Shown: one piece after another, positions 8,686-18,370 of the stretch
Layout: the number at the start of each line of letters is the position of its first letter
Position numbering within the stretch: the first letter of the stretch is position 1
DNA from: a bacterium
GTDB taxonomy: Bacteria; Patescibacteriota; Minisyncoccia; UBA6257; WO2-44-18
DNA: 64,000 nucleotides
Assembly (NCBI GenBank): GCA_023244815.1
Contig: JAHFLQ010000001.1
Span: forward strand, 31,037-95,036
Direction: 5' to 3'
Position numbers and translations under genes: made by a program
The notes under the pieces: model-generated
Seen by the model: the letters and a program-made list of their open reading frames with translations, nothing else
What the model was told of the DNA's origin: nothing
The model's database searches: none

Positions 8686-9717
8686 ATGCGAATTTTAGCG
8701 ATCGAAACCAGCTGTGACGAAACCTCTGTGGCGTTAGTTGAGGCAAGCGGGGGATTAAGAAATCCGCGCTTTCGAGTTTTAAAAAACATTGTTTCGTCGC
8801 AGATTGAAGCGCATCGGCCATTCGGCGGCGTGGTGCCGATGCTGGCGAAACGCGAACATCTCCATAACCTACCCAAAATTTGGAAACAACTTTCCAAGAC
8901 AGAGCTAAGGCTTGATGAGATTGCTATCACCGTCGGCCCCGGGCTTTCGCCGGCGCTTTGGGCGGGTATAGAATTTTCAAAAACTTTAGCGAAAGAATTA
9001 AAAAAGCCGCTGATCGGCGCGAATCACATGGAAGGACACCTATACTCCAATTGGTTGTCACCAATGGGAAAATTTAAAAATTTAAATATTAAAGGTAAAA
9101 AAGTTAGGGTTAAATTTCCGGCGGTGGCGCTAGTGGTAAGCGGTGGGCACACCATTCTTCTAGCTATGAAATCACTGACCAGCTGGAAAAAGCTTGGCGA
9201 AACGCTTGATGACGCCGCCGGTGAGGCATTCGATAAAGTAGCGCGGATGTTAGATTTGCCATATCCGGGCGGGCCGGAAATAGAAAAACTGGCCAAGAAG
9301 GGGAATTCTAAGGCAGTCAACTTTCCTCGTCCGATGCTTCGTGATAAAAGCTATGACTTTAGTTTCTCCGGTCTGAAAACCTCCGTACTTTATTACATCC
9401 GCGACCATCCTAAAGCCAAGAAAACTGATTTAGCCGCCTCTTTCCAGCAGGCCGTTCTGGATGTGTTGGTCGGCAAGACAACACGAGCGGCACGTGAATA
9501 TGGAGCTAAATCGGTCCTGCTTTCCGGCGGTGTTTCGGCCAACCAAGCTTTGCAAATGGCTCTTCGTGAAGCTACCGAGAAAACTGGAGCGGAATTTTTT
9601 GTGCCGAATTCTCAGTTCAATACCGACAATGCCGCCATGATCGCCGCCGCCGCCTATATTCAGAAACTGCGCAAGAAAAGTCTGAAACTGGAAGCACAAC
9701 CAAATTTGAATCTATAA
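8686..9717 (+). CDS. tsaD: tRNA N6-adenosine threonylcarbamoyltransferase TsaD (Kae1/Gcp family)
   Basis: N-terminal MRILAIETSCDETSVAL, metal-binding His pair, ASKHA fold motifs. 343 aa. Confidence 0.9.
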   Translation: MRILAIETSCDETSVALVEASGGLRNPRFRVLKNIVSSQIEAHRPFGGVVPMLAKREHLHNLPKIWKQLSKTELRLDEIAITVGPGLSPALWAGIEFSKTLAKELKKPLIGANHMEGHLYSNWLSPMGKFKNLNIKGKKVRVKFPAVALVVSGGHTILLAMKSLTSWKKLGETLDDAAGEAFDKVARMLDLPYPGGPEIEKLAKKGNSKAVNFPRPMLRDKSYDFSFSGLKTSVLYYIRDHPKAKKTDLAASFQQAVLDVLVGKTTRAAREYGAKSVLLSGGVSANQALQMALREATEKTGAEFFVPNSQFNTDNAAMIAAAAYIQKLRKKSLKLEAQPNLNL

Positions 9718-9889
9718 CACTTACTAAACGATCGTCTAGTAAGTGTTATGCCTGTGGATAACTAGACATTGCGCTAGCCGAGTGTCGCCGTATAATGAAA
9801 TTAGTCCATTGAGATCTCAATAATACACATCCGCCCTCTAGGCGGACAAATGCGGACTATCAATGTCCGATCTTTTCTTCCAAATATAA

Positions 9890-9920
9890 AGCCCCACCAC
9901 CGGTGGGGCTTTTCTTTTCT
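9890..9920 (+). terminator. rho-independent terminator
   Basis: AGCCCCACCaccGGTGGGGCT followed by TTTCTTTTC, downstream of tsaD. Confidence 0.7.
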
Positions 9921-9990
9921 CATTAATAAGCCTGTTTCCAAAAAGCAAGTTTTAAGTTATAGTGTGGGCGGAACATTTAGAGGAGAATAT

Positions 9991-11319
9991 ATGTTTATGA
10001 CCGCGTGGGATAACGTCAAGGATCGTTATGTGAAAGCCGCTTCTATTTTGCGCTTGGAAGATGAGATTATCAGCGAACTGCTCGGTTTCAAACAGCGTCT
10101 CTCGTTCGACATGATGGCGCAGGTGAATGGGAAGATGGAATCTCTGAAGGTAGTGCGTGTTCGGCACCGCGCGCCGTTGAAAAAGATGGCATACAAGGGA
10201 GGGTTGCGCTTCCTGAAGGGAACGACCCTTTCTTCGATGGAGAGCCATGCCGCGGAGATGTCAGTGAAGTGCTGGATTCACGAATTGCCATATGGCGGCG
10301 CCAAGGGTGGCGTCGATCTTGATCCGAGGCAGTGTTCGCCGAAAGAGCTGGAAGCGATCTCAAAGAAGCTCGTCGACGAACTCGATGAACGCGTGGCAAT
10401 CGGACCAGCACTCGATGTGCCGGCGCCGGATGTCGGCACCAACGCGACCATCATGTTCTGGATGGCCGAACACTACTCTTTCAAACATCCGCGCGAATTT
10501 TTCACTCACGGCGTGGTAACCGGAAAGCCGGTGGTAAGCGGCAATGAATCCATCAACCGATACCTCGGAGGCATTCATGGACGCAAAGAGGCGACTGGCT
10601 TTGGGGTGATGCGCACCCTGTCGGCGTTCCGAAACAAACTTTTTTCTTTTGGCGAAACGCCGACCATGATCATTCAAGGATTTGGAAATGTCGGTTCCCA
10701 TACCGCCAAATTTGCCGAACAGGAAGGGTTCCGGATCATCGGCGTGAGCGACGAGTTCGGAGCGATCCATAATTCCATGGGCATCAGCGTGGCTGATTTG
10801 GAAGCCTATTGCTCGGCAAGTAAACCACGTTCAGTTGTTGGTTACCCACGGGCGGAGGCAGTCGACAAAGAAGAGCTGTTGGAAATGCCATGCGATGTTC
10901 TGGTGCCGGCGGCTCTCGAAGAAGTGATCACTAAGGATAACGCGGCTGCGATTCGCGCCAAGGTCATTCTCGAGGGAGCAAACGGTCCGACAACTCCAGA
11001 AGCGGATGAAATCCTTGAAGATCGCAGAATCGTTGTTGTCCCGGACATCTTGGCCAACAGCTGCGGCGTTACGGTTTCCTACTTTGAGTGGGGGCGGAAT
11101 ACCGACCAAAGCGATCCCCGCATTCCGATGGAAAACGATGCCGGTAAGGTGCTGATGGCCGCCGGTACCATGATGGACGAAGCGAGTGCGGCTGTGCTGA
11201 GACGCGTGGAGAAGTACAAAATTGCTCCACGTCTCGCGGCGTACGTGTTTGCTCTGGAAAAAGCAGAGCTTCTGCGGGTCAGGCGTATGCCCGAGTATGC
11301 GATGAAGCTTTTCGGTTAG
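9991..11319 (+). CDS. Glu/Leu/Phe/Val dehydrogenase family protein (likely glutamate dehydrogenase)
   Basis: GGAKGG motif (ELPYGGAKGGVDLDP), NAD(P)-binding Rossmann GFGNVG. AGAGGAG RBS before the ATG at 9991. The longer ORF from 9850 is unlikely. Confidence 0.85.
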   Translation: MFMTAWDNVKDRYVKAASILRLEDEIISELLGFKQRLSFDMMAQVNGKMESLKVVRVRHRAPLKKMAYKGGLRFLKGTTLSSMESHAAEMSVKCWIHELPYGGAKGGVDLDPRQCSPKELEAISKKLVDELDERVAIGPALDVPAPDVGTNATIMFWMAEHYSFKHPREFFTHGVVTGKPVVSGNESINRYLGGIHGRKEATGFGVMRTLSAFRNKLFSFGETPTMIIQGFGNVGSHTAKFAEQEGFRIIGVSDEFGAIHNSMGISVADLEAYCSASKPRSVVGYPRAEAVDKEELLEMPCDVLVPAALEEVITKDNAAAIRAKVILEGANGPTTPEADEILEDRRIVVVPDILANSCGVTVSYFEWGRNTDQSDPRIPMENDAGKVLMAAGTMMDEASAAVLRRVEKYKIAPRLAAYVFALEKAELLRVRRMPEYAMKLFG

Positions 11320-11328
11320 ACTTTCTTA

Positions 11329-11359
11329 ACCCGCCTTGGCTTGACCAGGCGGGTTTTTA
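11329..11359 (+). terminator. rho-independent terminator
   Basis: CCCGCCttggcttgaCCAGGCGGG followed by TTTTTATTT, after the GDH gene. Confidence 0.7.
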
Positions 11360-11393
11360 TTTGTAATATTGTGACAGAACGTTGGAGGGCCTC

Positions 11394-11627
11394 ATGCAAA
11401 AATTCTCGGTAGTTCTGGAATTAGAAACACCCATGCATAATGGCGGTATCTCGGTCAGTAAATCCGAGATAAGCGTTATTGCGCCAGACGAGAATCGCGC
11501 GTCAGAAATCCTCAAAATCAATTTTGGCGACAGAATCCATAACGATCAAGTTTATGCCCCAATCTGCAAAGGTAAAGCTCCTAACAGTACCATAGAAGCT
11601 ATTTTGATCAGGCCGCTTGGGAAATAA
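11394..11627 (+). CDS. hypothetical small protein (77 aa)
   Basis: GGAGGG RBS 5 nt upstream of the ATG. The ORF is bracketed by terminators on both sides. No recognisable domain. Confidence 0.4.
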   Translation: MQKFSVVLELETPMHNGGISVSKSEISVIAPDENRASEILKINFGDRIHNDQVYAPICKGKAPNSTIEAILIRPLGK

Positions 11628-11630
11628 TCT

Positions 11631-11663
11631 AAAGCGTCCGCCAGCTGGCGGACGCTTTTTTTA
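11631..11663 (+). terminator. rho-independent terminator
   Basis: AAAGCGTCCGCCagctGGCGGACGCTTTTTTT. Confidence 0.75.
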
Positions 11664-11691
11664 TCCAAAAATTCAAACTATAATAGTAGCA

Positions 11692-13851
11692 ATGAACGAA
11701 TTGTCTTCTGCCTACGACCCAAAACTCACTGAAGATAAAATCTACAAACTTTGGGAGGATTCGGGGGTTTTCAATCCGGATAATCTGAAAGGCGCGAAGA
11801 AACCCTATGCCATTCATCTCCCACCGCCGAATGTAACCGGCTCGCTTCATATGGGGCATGCCCTCAATGCCACCATTACCGATATTCTGATCCGCTATCA
11901 TCGGATGCGCGGCTATAAAGCGGTTTGGTTCCCCGGCACCGATCATGCCGGTATCGCTACCCAGAGCGTGGTTGAAAAGCAGTTAAAGAAAGAGGGGATT
12001 AGCCGCTGGGATTTGGGACGCGAGAAATTTGTGGAAAAAGTTTGGGAGTGGAGGAATAAATATGGCAGCATTATCCTTGATCAGTTGAAAAAACTTGGTG
12101 TTTCAGCCGATTGGTCGCGCCTGCGGTTTACTATGGACCCGGCCTATGCCGAGTGGGTGAAAAAGGTTTTCATTCATTACTACGAAAAGGGGTGGATTTA
12201 TCGCGGCAAAAGATTGGTCAACTGGTGTACCGCCTGCCAAACTGCGCTTTCCGATCTGGAAATTGAATACAAGGAAGAAAAAGGCAAACTCTGGCACATA
12301 AAATATCCGCTCGCCGACAAAAGCGGGTTCGTAGTTGTCGCTACCACCCGTCCGGAAACGATGCTGGGTGATGCCGCCGTAGCGGTCAATCCGAAAGATA
12401 GGCGTTATGAAAAACTGGTTGGCAAAAAAGTTTTACTGCCGATCATTAATCGTGAAATACCTATTATCGCTGACGATGCGATCGATATGTTTTTTGGTAC
12501 GGGAGCTGTGAAGGTGACGCCGGCGCACGACCAGCTTGACTCGGAAATCGGCCAGCGACACAAGCTGCCCGCGTACGAGCTCATCAACGAGCGGGGCAAG
12601 ATGACCGACGAAGCTGGAAAAGATTTTACTGGCCTAAAAATCATCCAAGCGCGCGAGAAAGTGGTTGCCGAGTTAGAAAAACTGGGACTATTGGAAAAGA
12701 CCGAAGATCTAACTCATAATGTCGCAGTTTGCTACCGGTCCGGTACTGTACTCGAGCCGCTCTTAAGCAATCAGTGGTTTTTAAAAATGGAGAAGCTTGC
12801 CAGGGGAGCGCTCAAGGCGGTGAAGTCCGGCAAGACGAAGATAGTGCCGGAAAATTTTGAGAAGCCCTATTTTACCTGGCTGGAAAATGTCCGCGACTGG
12901 TGTATTTCCCGCCAGATCTGGTGGGGCCACCAGTTGCCGGTCTGGTTTCACGAGCCGAAGTGTGTTCCAAAAGACGGCCATGGTGGCAAGGATTTTGATA
13001 AGTGCGAGGAGACGATTGTTTCGACTACCGAGCCAGAATGTGAGTACTGCGATGCGAAATTCCTACAATCTACAGACGTTTTGGACACCTGGTTCTCATC
13101 CGCACTCTGGCCATTCGCCGGTTTTGATCCGAAAGAAGAAAAAGGAATTTTAAAGCAGTTTTACCCCTCCAGCGTCTTGGTAACCGCCAGAGACATTATC
13201 AATCTCTGGGTAGCGAGAATGATTTTTTCCGGGTTGGAATTTATGAAGAAAGCCCCCTTTCCGGAAGTATTGATTCACGCGACCATTCTTACCAAAGAGG
13301 GAAAGCGGATGTCCAAAAGCTTGGGTACCGGCATTGATCCGGTTGAGTTGATCGAAAAGTACGGAGCCGACGCGACGCGCTTCGGTATTATTTGGCAGGC
13401 AATGGGTACGCAAGATATTCATTGGGATGAGACAGCGGTGATGGCTGGTAAAAAATTTGCCAACAAGCTTTGGAATATTGCCAGATTTTATCAGAGCAAA
13501 ATCGGAAGCCCACAGCCCACAGCTCACAGCCTGCGACTGGAAAACGCAGAGGACAAGGTCATTATGGAAAAATTAAAAAATTTGCAAAGCGCGATCGATC
13601 AGAATGTAAAATCCTATGAACTTGGTCCCGGATTGCATAAAATTTACGAGTTTATCTGGCACGAGGTTGCGGATAAATACATAGAATCTGCCAAAAACCG
13701 GGAAGACGAAAATGTTAAACTGATTTTAAACCACTTGTTGCTGTCCTGTCTCAAGCTCCTCCACCCGTTCATGCCATTTATCACCGAGGAGATTTACCAG
13801 CGATTATTCGCGCAAGACAGCAGATTCTTGATGGTGGAGCAATGTTCCTAA
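11692..13851 (+). CDS. valS: valyl-tRNA synthetase (short form lacking C-terminal coiled-coil)
   Basis: HIGH region PPPNVTGSLHMGHAL, KMSKS (KMSKSLGTG), CP1 editing domain and anticodon-binding region. 720 aa. Confidence 0.9.
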   Translation: MNELSSAYDPKLTEDKIYKLWEDSGVFNPDNLKGAKKPYAIHLPPPNVTGSLHMGHALNATITDILIRYHRMRGYKAVWFPGTDHAGIATQSVVEKQLKKEGISRWDLGREKFVEKVWEWRNKYGSIILDQLKKLGVSADWSRLRFTMDPAYAEWVKKVFIHYYEKGWIYRGKRLVNWCTACQTALSDLEIEYKEEKGKLWHIKYPLADKSGFVVVATTRPETMLGDAAVAVNPKDRRYEKLVGKKVLLPIINREIPIIADDAIDMFFGTGAVKVTPAHDQLDSEIGQRHKLPAYELINERGKMTDEAGKDFTGLKIIQAREKVVAELEKLGLLEKTEDLTHNVAVCYRSGTVLEPLLSNQWFLKMEKLARGALKAVKSGKTKIVPENFEKPYFTWLENVRDWCISRQIWWGHQLPVWFHEPKCVPKDGHGGKDFDKCEETIVSTTEPECEYCDAKFLQSTDVLDTWFSSALWPFAGFDPKEEKGILKQFYPSSVLVTARDIINLWVARMIFSGLEFMKKAPFPEVLIHATILTKEGKRMSKSLGTGIDPVELIEKYGADATRFGIIWQAMGTQDIHWDETAVMAGKKFANKLWNIARFYQSKIGSPQPTAHSLRLENAEDKVIMEKLKNLQSAIDQNVKSYELGPGLHKIYEFIWHEVADKYIESAKNREDENVKLILNHLLLSCLKLLHPFMPFITEEIYQRLFAQDSRFLMVEQCS

Positions 13852-14531
13852 CTATTTTATTAGTTTTGCTCGGCATGATTCCAAGTCTGGCTTGGCTGAT
13901 TTTTTATCTTCACGAGGACATGGAACATCCCGAGCCGAAAATTTTAATTTTTTACACTTTTATCGCCGGTGCGGTGGTCACTCTTCTGGTGTTGGGATTC
14001 CAGTTCGCGGCCCATAGTTGGTTGCGCGCCCAGGGCATCGCCACCTACAGCTTCACCTCATTTCTTTTCCTAGCCGGCATAGAAGAAATTTTCAAATTTC
14101 TGGCAGTGTATCTGACTGTCAGCAGGCGGAAAGAATTTGATGAGCCGGTAGACGCGATGGTGTATATGATTGTCGCCGCTCTCGGTTTTGCCACCGTGGA
14201 GAACATAGGGTCTATTTTCCAGGCAAACGCCGCCCCTTATCTGAGCCCTGGCCCGATTGAGACGACTGTTTTACGTTTTGTTGGCGCCACTTTGCTCCAT
14301 ACTTTGACTTCCGGAGTAGTCGGTTTTTACTGGGGGAAAGCTCTTGCCAAGCACGGCAGTTATGCCGGACTGATAGTGAAAGGTCTGCTGCTCGCGACTT
14401 TGTTGCACACCATTTTCAACTACCTTATAATTAAATCAGAGCCTCTAGCATTGCCATTAGTCTTTCTACTGTTCGTCGGAATGTTCGTTCTGAGTGATTT
14501 CGAAAAACTTAAACATTCAAAGCAAATATGA
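13842..14531 (+). CDS. PrsW-family intramembrane protease (putative)
   Basis: Polytopic membrane protein with PrsW signature motifs: EEIFK (EExxK), FATVEN (FxxxE), HTLTSG and HTIFN. Overlaps the valS stop by 10 nt. Confidence 0.6.
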   Translation: MFLTILLVLLGMIPSLAWLIFYLHEDMEHPEPKILIFYTFIAGAVVTLLVLGFQFAAHSWLRAQGIATYSFTSFLFLAGIEEIFKFLAVYLTVSRRKEFDEPVDAMVYMIVAALGFATVENIGSIFQANAAPYLSPGPIETTVLRFVGATLLHTLTSGVVGFYWGKALAKHGSYAGLIVKGLLLATLLHTIFNYLIIKSEPLALPLVFLLFVGMFVLSDFEKLKHSKQI

Positions 14532-15007
14532 ACGAAGAAGAAGTCCAAAATTTAGACGAAGAAATCCAGCCCGAAGGGGGTGCGGAAAATGAATCCGAGG
14601 TAGAACTTACCAAGGCGGGCGGTTCGGCGTTGAAAGAGCGGAAGATGAAAATGGATGAGGGACTTGATGATGAGGGTGACGGCCAGCTGACCATCGATCT
14701 TTATCAAACCCCCGATGAAATTATCTTAGAATCTCCGATTGCTGGCGTGAAGTCGGAGGATTTGGATATTTCCATTACCAACGAATCAGTTTCCATTTCC
14801 GGCAAGCGCGAGAAAGAGCGCAAGGTAAAAGACGAAGACTATTTTTATCAAGAAGCTTACTGGGGACGCTTTTCCCGATCCATAATTTTACCTCAAGAAG
14901 TAGATGCGGAAAAAGCCGAAGCGACTATCAAAAATGGAGTGCTGGTTATTAAACTGCCTAAACTAAACCGCCAACGCTCTAAGAAGTTGAAAGTTCAGTC
15001 AGAGTAG
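14528..15007 (+). CDS. Hsp20/alpha-crystallin family small heat shock protein
   Basis: Alpha-crystallin domain (DLYQTPDEIILESPIAGVK...GVLVIKLPK) with an acidic N-terminal extension. 4-nt overlap with the upstream gene. Confidence 0.8.
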   Translation: MNEEEVQNLDEEIQPEGGAENESEVELTKAGGSALKERKMKMDEGLDDEGDGQLTIDLYQTPDEIILESPIAGVKSEDLDISITNESVSISGKREKERKVKDEDYFYQEAYWGRFSRSIILPQEVDAEKAEATIKNGVLVIKLPKLNRQRSKKLKVQSE

Positions 15008-15128
15008 TCGGGCATTTACCAGGTAAGTAGAAACTCGAGTTTTCACTTTCTGGTTTACTTTTTTATTAAAAAATAGTAGTATCTAGGTGTAAGTTTTTGT
15101 ACATTGAAACTTCTTAAGGAATCATACT

Positions 15129-16067
15129 GTGTCGAAAGTCGCGCTAGTTTTGCCCGGAGGCGGATACCGAGGGGCGAAGCAAGTCGGCTTCGCCAAGGAA
15201 CTATTTGTACGCAAACAGCCGTCTATTATCCAGGGCGTTTCGGTTGGCGCTTTGAATGCCGCCGGGCTTGTGGAAATAGGCCCCGATGGCATAGAGGCGC
15301 GCTGGCGGGAGATTGAGCGAAAAGGCCCAAGCTCTATTTTCAACTGGATCAAAGCCCTTACCCGTTTTTTCTTCAGTAGCTATTTTTTTCCGGATAAGGG
15401 ATTGGCTGAGTTGGTGAATCAGATAGGCATAGAAAAAATCATCAATTCACCAATTGAGCTCCAGGTAGTGGTCCGCAATGAGAACACGAAAGAGAAGGTA
15501 GTTTTCAGCAGTCGCGACGATAGAATAATCAACAATCCGGAGATTTTGCGGAAAGCAATTAGGGCATCCGCCAGCCTGCCCGGGTTTTTCCCAGCCGTCG
15601 AAATTGAGGGCGAGTGGTATTCTGATGGCTACTATTTCGATCTGGAGGAGCTTGTTGATAACGACACTATTTGCGTTGTTTTCAATGACGACCCTGCTGC
15701 TATCAACAAGGACCTTCACGCGGCACACTGTTTTAAGCGCATGTTTGTTGGCTACGGCGAGGTTTTGGACGACATGATCGAGGAGAAGATCGATAATTTT
15801 CTCGAGCACCATTCAGAATTCAACGAATTTAAAGTTGATTCCAACCTGAATCCGATTTTGCGATCCGCTAAGAAGTTTATTGATCGGGGCAAGAAGCTGG
15901 TCGGTCTAGGGAAGCAGCTCATTGCCATAAGCCCTTCCTATAGTATCTCAACGCTGGAGTTAGACACCTTCAAGCCGCCAAACAAGAGCCAGGAAGGCGA
16001 CATTTCCAAGGCCATCCGTCTTAGCCAGGAGCAAGCCAAGCGACTGCTCGATCAGATTACTCTTTAA
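15129..16067 (+). CDS. patatin-like phospholipase
   Basis: Oxyanion GGGYRG, lipase GxSxG (GVSVGA), catalytic DG (SDGYY). GTG start after an AAGGA RBS. Confidence 0.8.
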   Translation: MSKVALVLPGGGYRGAKQVGFAKELFVRKQPSIIQGVSVGALNAAGLVEIGPDGIEARWREIERKGPSSIFNWIKALTRFFFSSYFFPDKGLAELVNQIGIEKIINSPIELQVVVRNENTKEKVVFSSRDDRIINNPEILRKAIRASASLPGFFPAVEIEGEWYSDGYYFDLEELVDNDTICVVFNDDPAAINKDLHAAHCFKRMFVGYGEVLDDMIEEKIDNFLEHHSEFNEFKVDSNLNPILRSAKKFIDRGKKLVGLGKQLIAISPSYSISTLELDTFKPPNKSQEGDISKAIRLSQEQAKRLLDQITL

Positions 16068-16103
16068 GAAAATCCCTTTCCGCACGGAAGGGGATTTTTA
16101 TTT
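16068..16103 (+). terminator. rho-independent terminator
   Basis: AAAATCCCTTTCCgcacGGAAGGGGATTTTTATTT. Confidence 0.7.
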
Positions 16104-16125
16104 GGAAAAATTGTAAGATTAAAAC

Positions 16126-16632
16126 GTGACCAACGAATACTTTACTGATGCGATTATATTAGACAAAGAACCAATTGGCGAATCGGATCTTCAAATTACT
16201 TTATACACAAAAGATCTGGGGCGCATTACCACCAGGGCGGTAAGCGCGAGGAAAATCACCTCTAAGCTGGCAAGCCATCTTGAACCGCTTAACCTGGTGC
16301 AAGCACGGCTGGTTCAAAAGAACCGGTTTCAAGTGGTGGACGCGCTCTGCAATGGAGCATTGCCGAAAAATTCCGATTCGATTGCCGTTCTGCAATTAGT
16401 CAAAGACCTTACTGCCGAGGGCCAGCCCGACTACGAATTATGGGAGCTTCTTAAAAGCGGGCAAGCAACTGGAGCCTCGGTTTTGCGGGCGCTGGGATTT
16501 GATGGCCAGTTTGCTGTTTGCGAGAACTGCGGCAATCAGAACCCAAGTTATTTTTTGGTTAAACAGCTAGAATATTTTTGCGCGCCCTGCTTTGTTAAAT
16601 CTGGAAAACCGGTCAGTTTCGCGCTAGAATAA
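16126..16632 (+). CDS. recO: DNA repair protein RecO (short form)
   Basis: N-terminal OB-fold pattern (AIIL..GESD..TL.T...G.I...AVSARK..SKL...LEPLN) and a C-terminal Cys4 zinc motif (CENCG...CAPC). 168 aa. Confidence 0.55.
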   Translation: MTNEYFTDAIILDKEPIGESDLQITLYTKDLGRITTRAVSARKITSKLASHLEPLNLVQARLVQKNRFQVVDALCNGALPKNSDSIAVLQLVKDLTAEGQPDYELWELLKSGQATGASVLRALGFDGQFAVCENCGNQNPSYFLVKQLEYFCAPCFVKSGKPVSFALE

Positions 16633-16641
16633 ATACTAACG

Positions 16642-18366
16642 ATGTCTGTCCGAGGTAAAGTCATTCTCATATTTTTAGTTGTCTTAATACTGGGCGGCGG
16701 AATGATCGCTTATTTTGCTTACCAGTCAAGCATTTCCAAGGGTTTGGAGATACAAATCACCGGTCCGGAAAAAGTTTTAATCGGAGTTCCTTTTGATCTT
16801 AAGGTGAACGTTGCCAATAGTTCCGAAAATTTGTTACAGCAAGCCCGACTCTCGGTGAATTTACCAGAAGGGATGGCGTTCGTTGGTTCGCCTCAGACGA
16901 AAAACGTGGATTTCCGCGACCTTGCCACGCTTGGCGCTGGAGGAGCGAGCCAGCAAATTTTCCGGCTGATCGCGCTCAATGGCGAGAACACTTTTAAAGA
17001 CATCAATGCCAGCGCCACCTACCTTTCTGGTTCTTTAAGTTCGCGCTTTCAAAAAAGCGTTGATTTCCAGTTAGCGATCGGCAATTACGGGATTACTTTG
17101 GATATAGCCACTCCCCAAAAAATTTTCAGCGGAGAATCTTTCGATTCCGAAATTACTTACAAAAACGTTTCCGGTGTTGATTTTGACAATCTTAAATTGA
17201 CAATGGATTATCCATTGACATTCAACTTAACTAAAGCTACCCTCAAGCCCGATATCGGCAATAATACCTGGCTGTTGGGCGGGCTTCGCAACGGATCAGA
17301 AGGGAAATTTAAAATTTCCGGCAATGTCATCGGGCCGGAAGGGGCCGCGTTCGACCTCAAGTCAATGATTGCCGCCAGTTTTCTCGGCCAGGAATATCCG
17401 ATCAGCGTTAACACGGCCACTCTTTCTATCGCTACTTCGCCACTTTCAATTCGGGTGGCGCTTAATGATAATCCTGAATATATCACTAACCCCGGCGACA
17501 CTTTGAATTACACGCTTACCTATGTGAATAATACCGATATTGGTTTGCGGGATGTGATTATAAAATCCCAACTTACCGGTACGCTGTTCGATTTCGGCCA
17601 GCTTTCCAGCAACGGCATCTTTCGTTCTACGGATAACACGCTGACCTGGAATGCTTCCAACGTTCCTGAACTGGGTACGCTGGCTCCGGGAGAATCCGGG
17701 TCGGTTACCTTTACAATCAAAGTTAAAAGCGCCTACCCGATCCGCCGTTTGAGCGACAAGAATTTCAGCCTTAAAATAAGGGCGACCATTGAATCGCCGA
17801 CGGTGCCCAGTTTCGTTCAGGCTGACCGCACTTTCAGTCTGGCCAGCTTAGAAACTAAAGTTGCCGGCAAATTAAAAATTGATTCCAAGGCCTATTTCCG
17901 TGACGCCGTTTCTGGAATAATCAATGAGGGGCCATTTCCTCCAAAAGTAAACCAGGTTACCGAATATACGGTTCATTGGCAGTTGACCAATTATGGTACA
18001 GACGCGAAAGATATTACCGTCAGCGCCTTTCTCGGAGGCAATGTAAAATTTACCGGAGTAGCTAAGGCCAGTGCCGGCGCTTCTGTGCCGACCTATAACG
18101 ATCGTACTCAGCAAATGACCTGGACGATTAGCCGTGTACCCGCGACGGTCGGCGTGATTTCTTCCCCATTGGAGGCTACTTTCCAGATAGCCGCGACGCC
18201 GTCTTCTTCCGACCTCAATACTTTTATGCCTCTTATTCAAGAAACTATTATTAGTGGAACAGATGAATTCACGAATGCTCAGCTTAATAGCGCGGATGGA
18301 CCAGTATCCACGCAATTGCCGGATGATCCGACAGTAGCGAATACGCCGGGCGTAGTTAAACAATAA
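16642..18366 (+). CDS. membrane-anchored surface protein with repeated beta-rich (DUF11/CARDB-like) domains
   Basis: N-terminal TM helix followed by about 5 repeated roughly 100-aa Ig-like segments rich in T/N/S with a recurrent TYxN/GxxF pattern. Confidence 0.5.
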   Translation: MSVRGKVILIFLVVLILGGGMIAYFAYQSSISKGLEIQITGPEKVLIGVPFDLKVNVANSSENLLQQARLSVNLPEGMAFVGSPQTKNVDFRDLATLGAGGASQQIFRLIALNGENTFKDINASATYLSGSLSSRFQKSVDFQLAIGNYGITLDIATPQKIFSGESFDSEITYKNVSGVDFDNLKLTMDYPLTFNLTKATLKPDIGNNTWLLGGLRNGSEGKFKISGNVIGPEGAAFDLKSMIAASFLGQEYPISVNTATLSIATSPLSIRVALNDNPEYITNPGDTLNYTLTYVNNTDIGLRDVIIKSQLTGTLFDFGQLSSNGIFRSTDNTLTWNASNVPELGTLAPGESGSVTFTIKVKSAYPIRRLSDKNFSLKIRATIESPTVPSFVQADRTFSLASLETKVAGKLKIDSKAYFRDAVSGIINEGPFPPKVNQVTEYTVHWQLTNYGTDAKDITVSAFLGGNVKFTGVAKASAGASVPTYNDRTQQMTWTISRVPATVGVISSPLEATFQIAATPSSSDLNTFMPLIQETIISGTDEFTNAQLNSADGPVSTQLPDDPTVANTPGVVKQ

Positions 18367-18370
18367 GATC

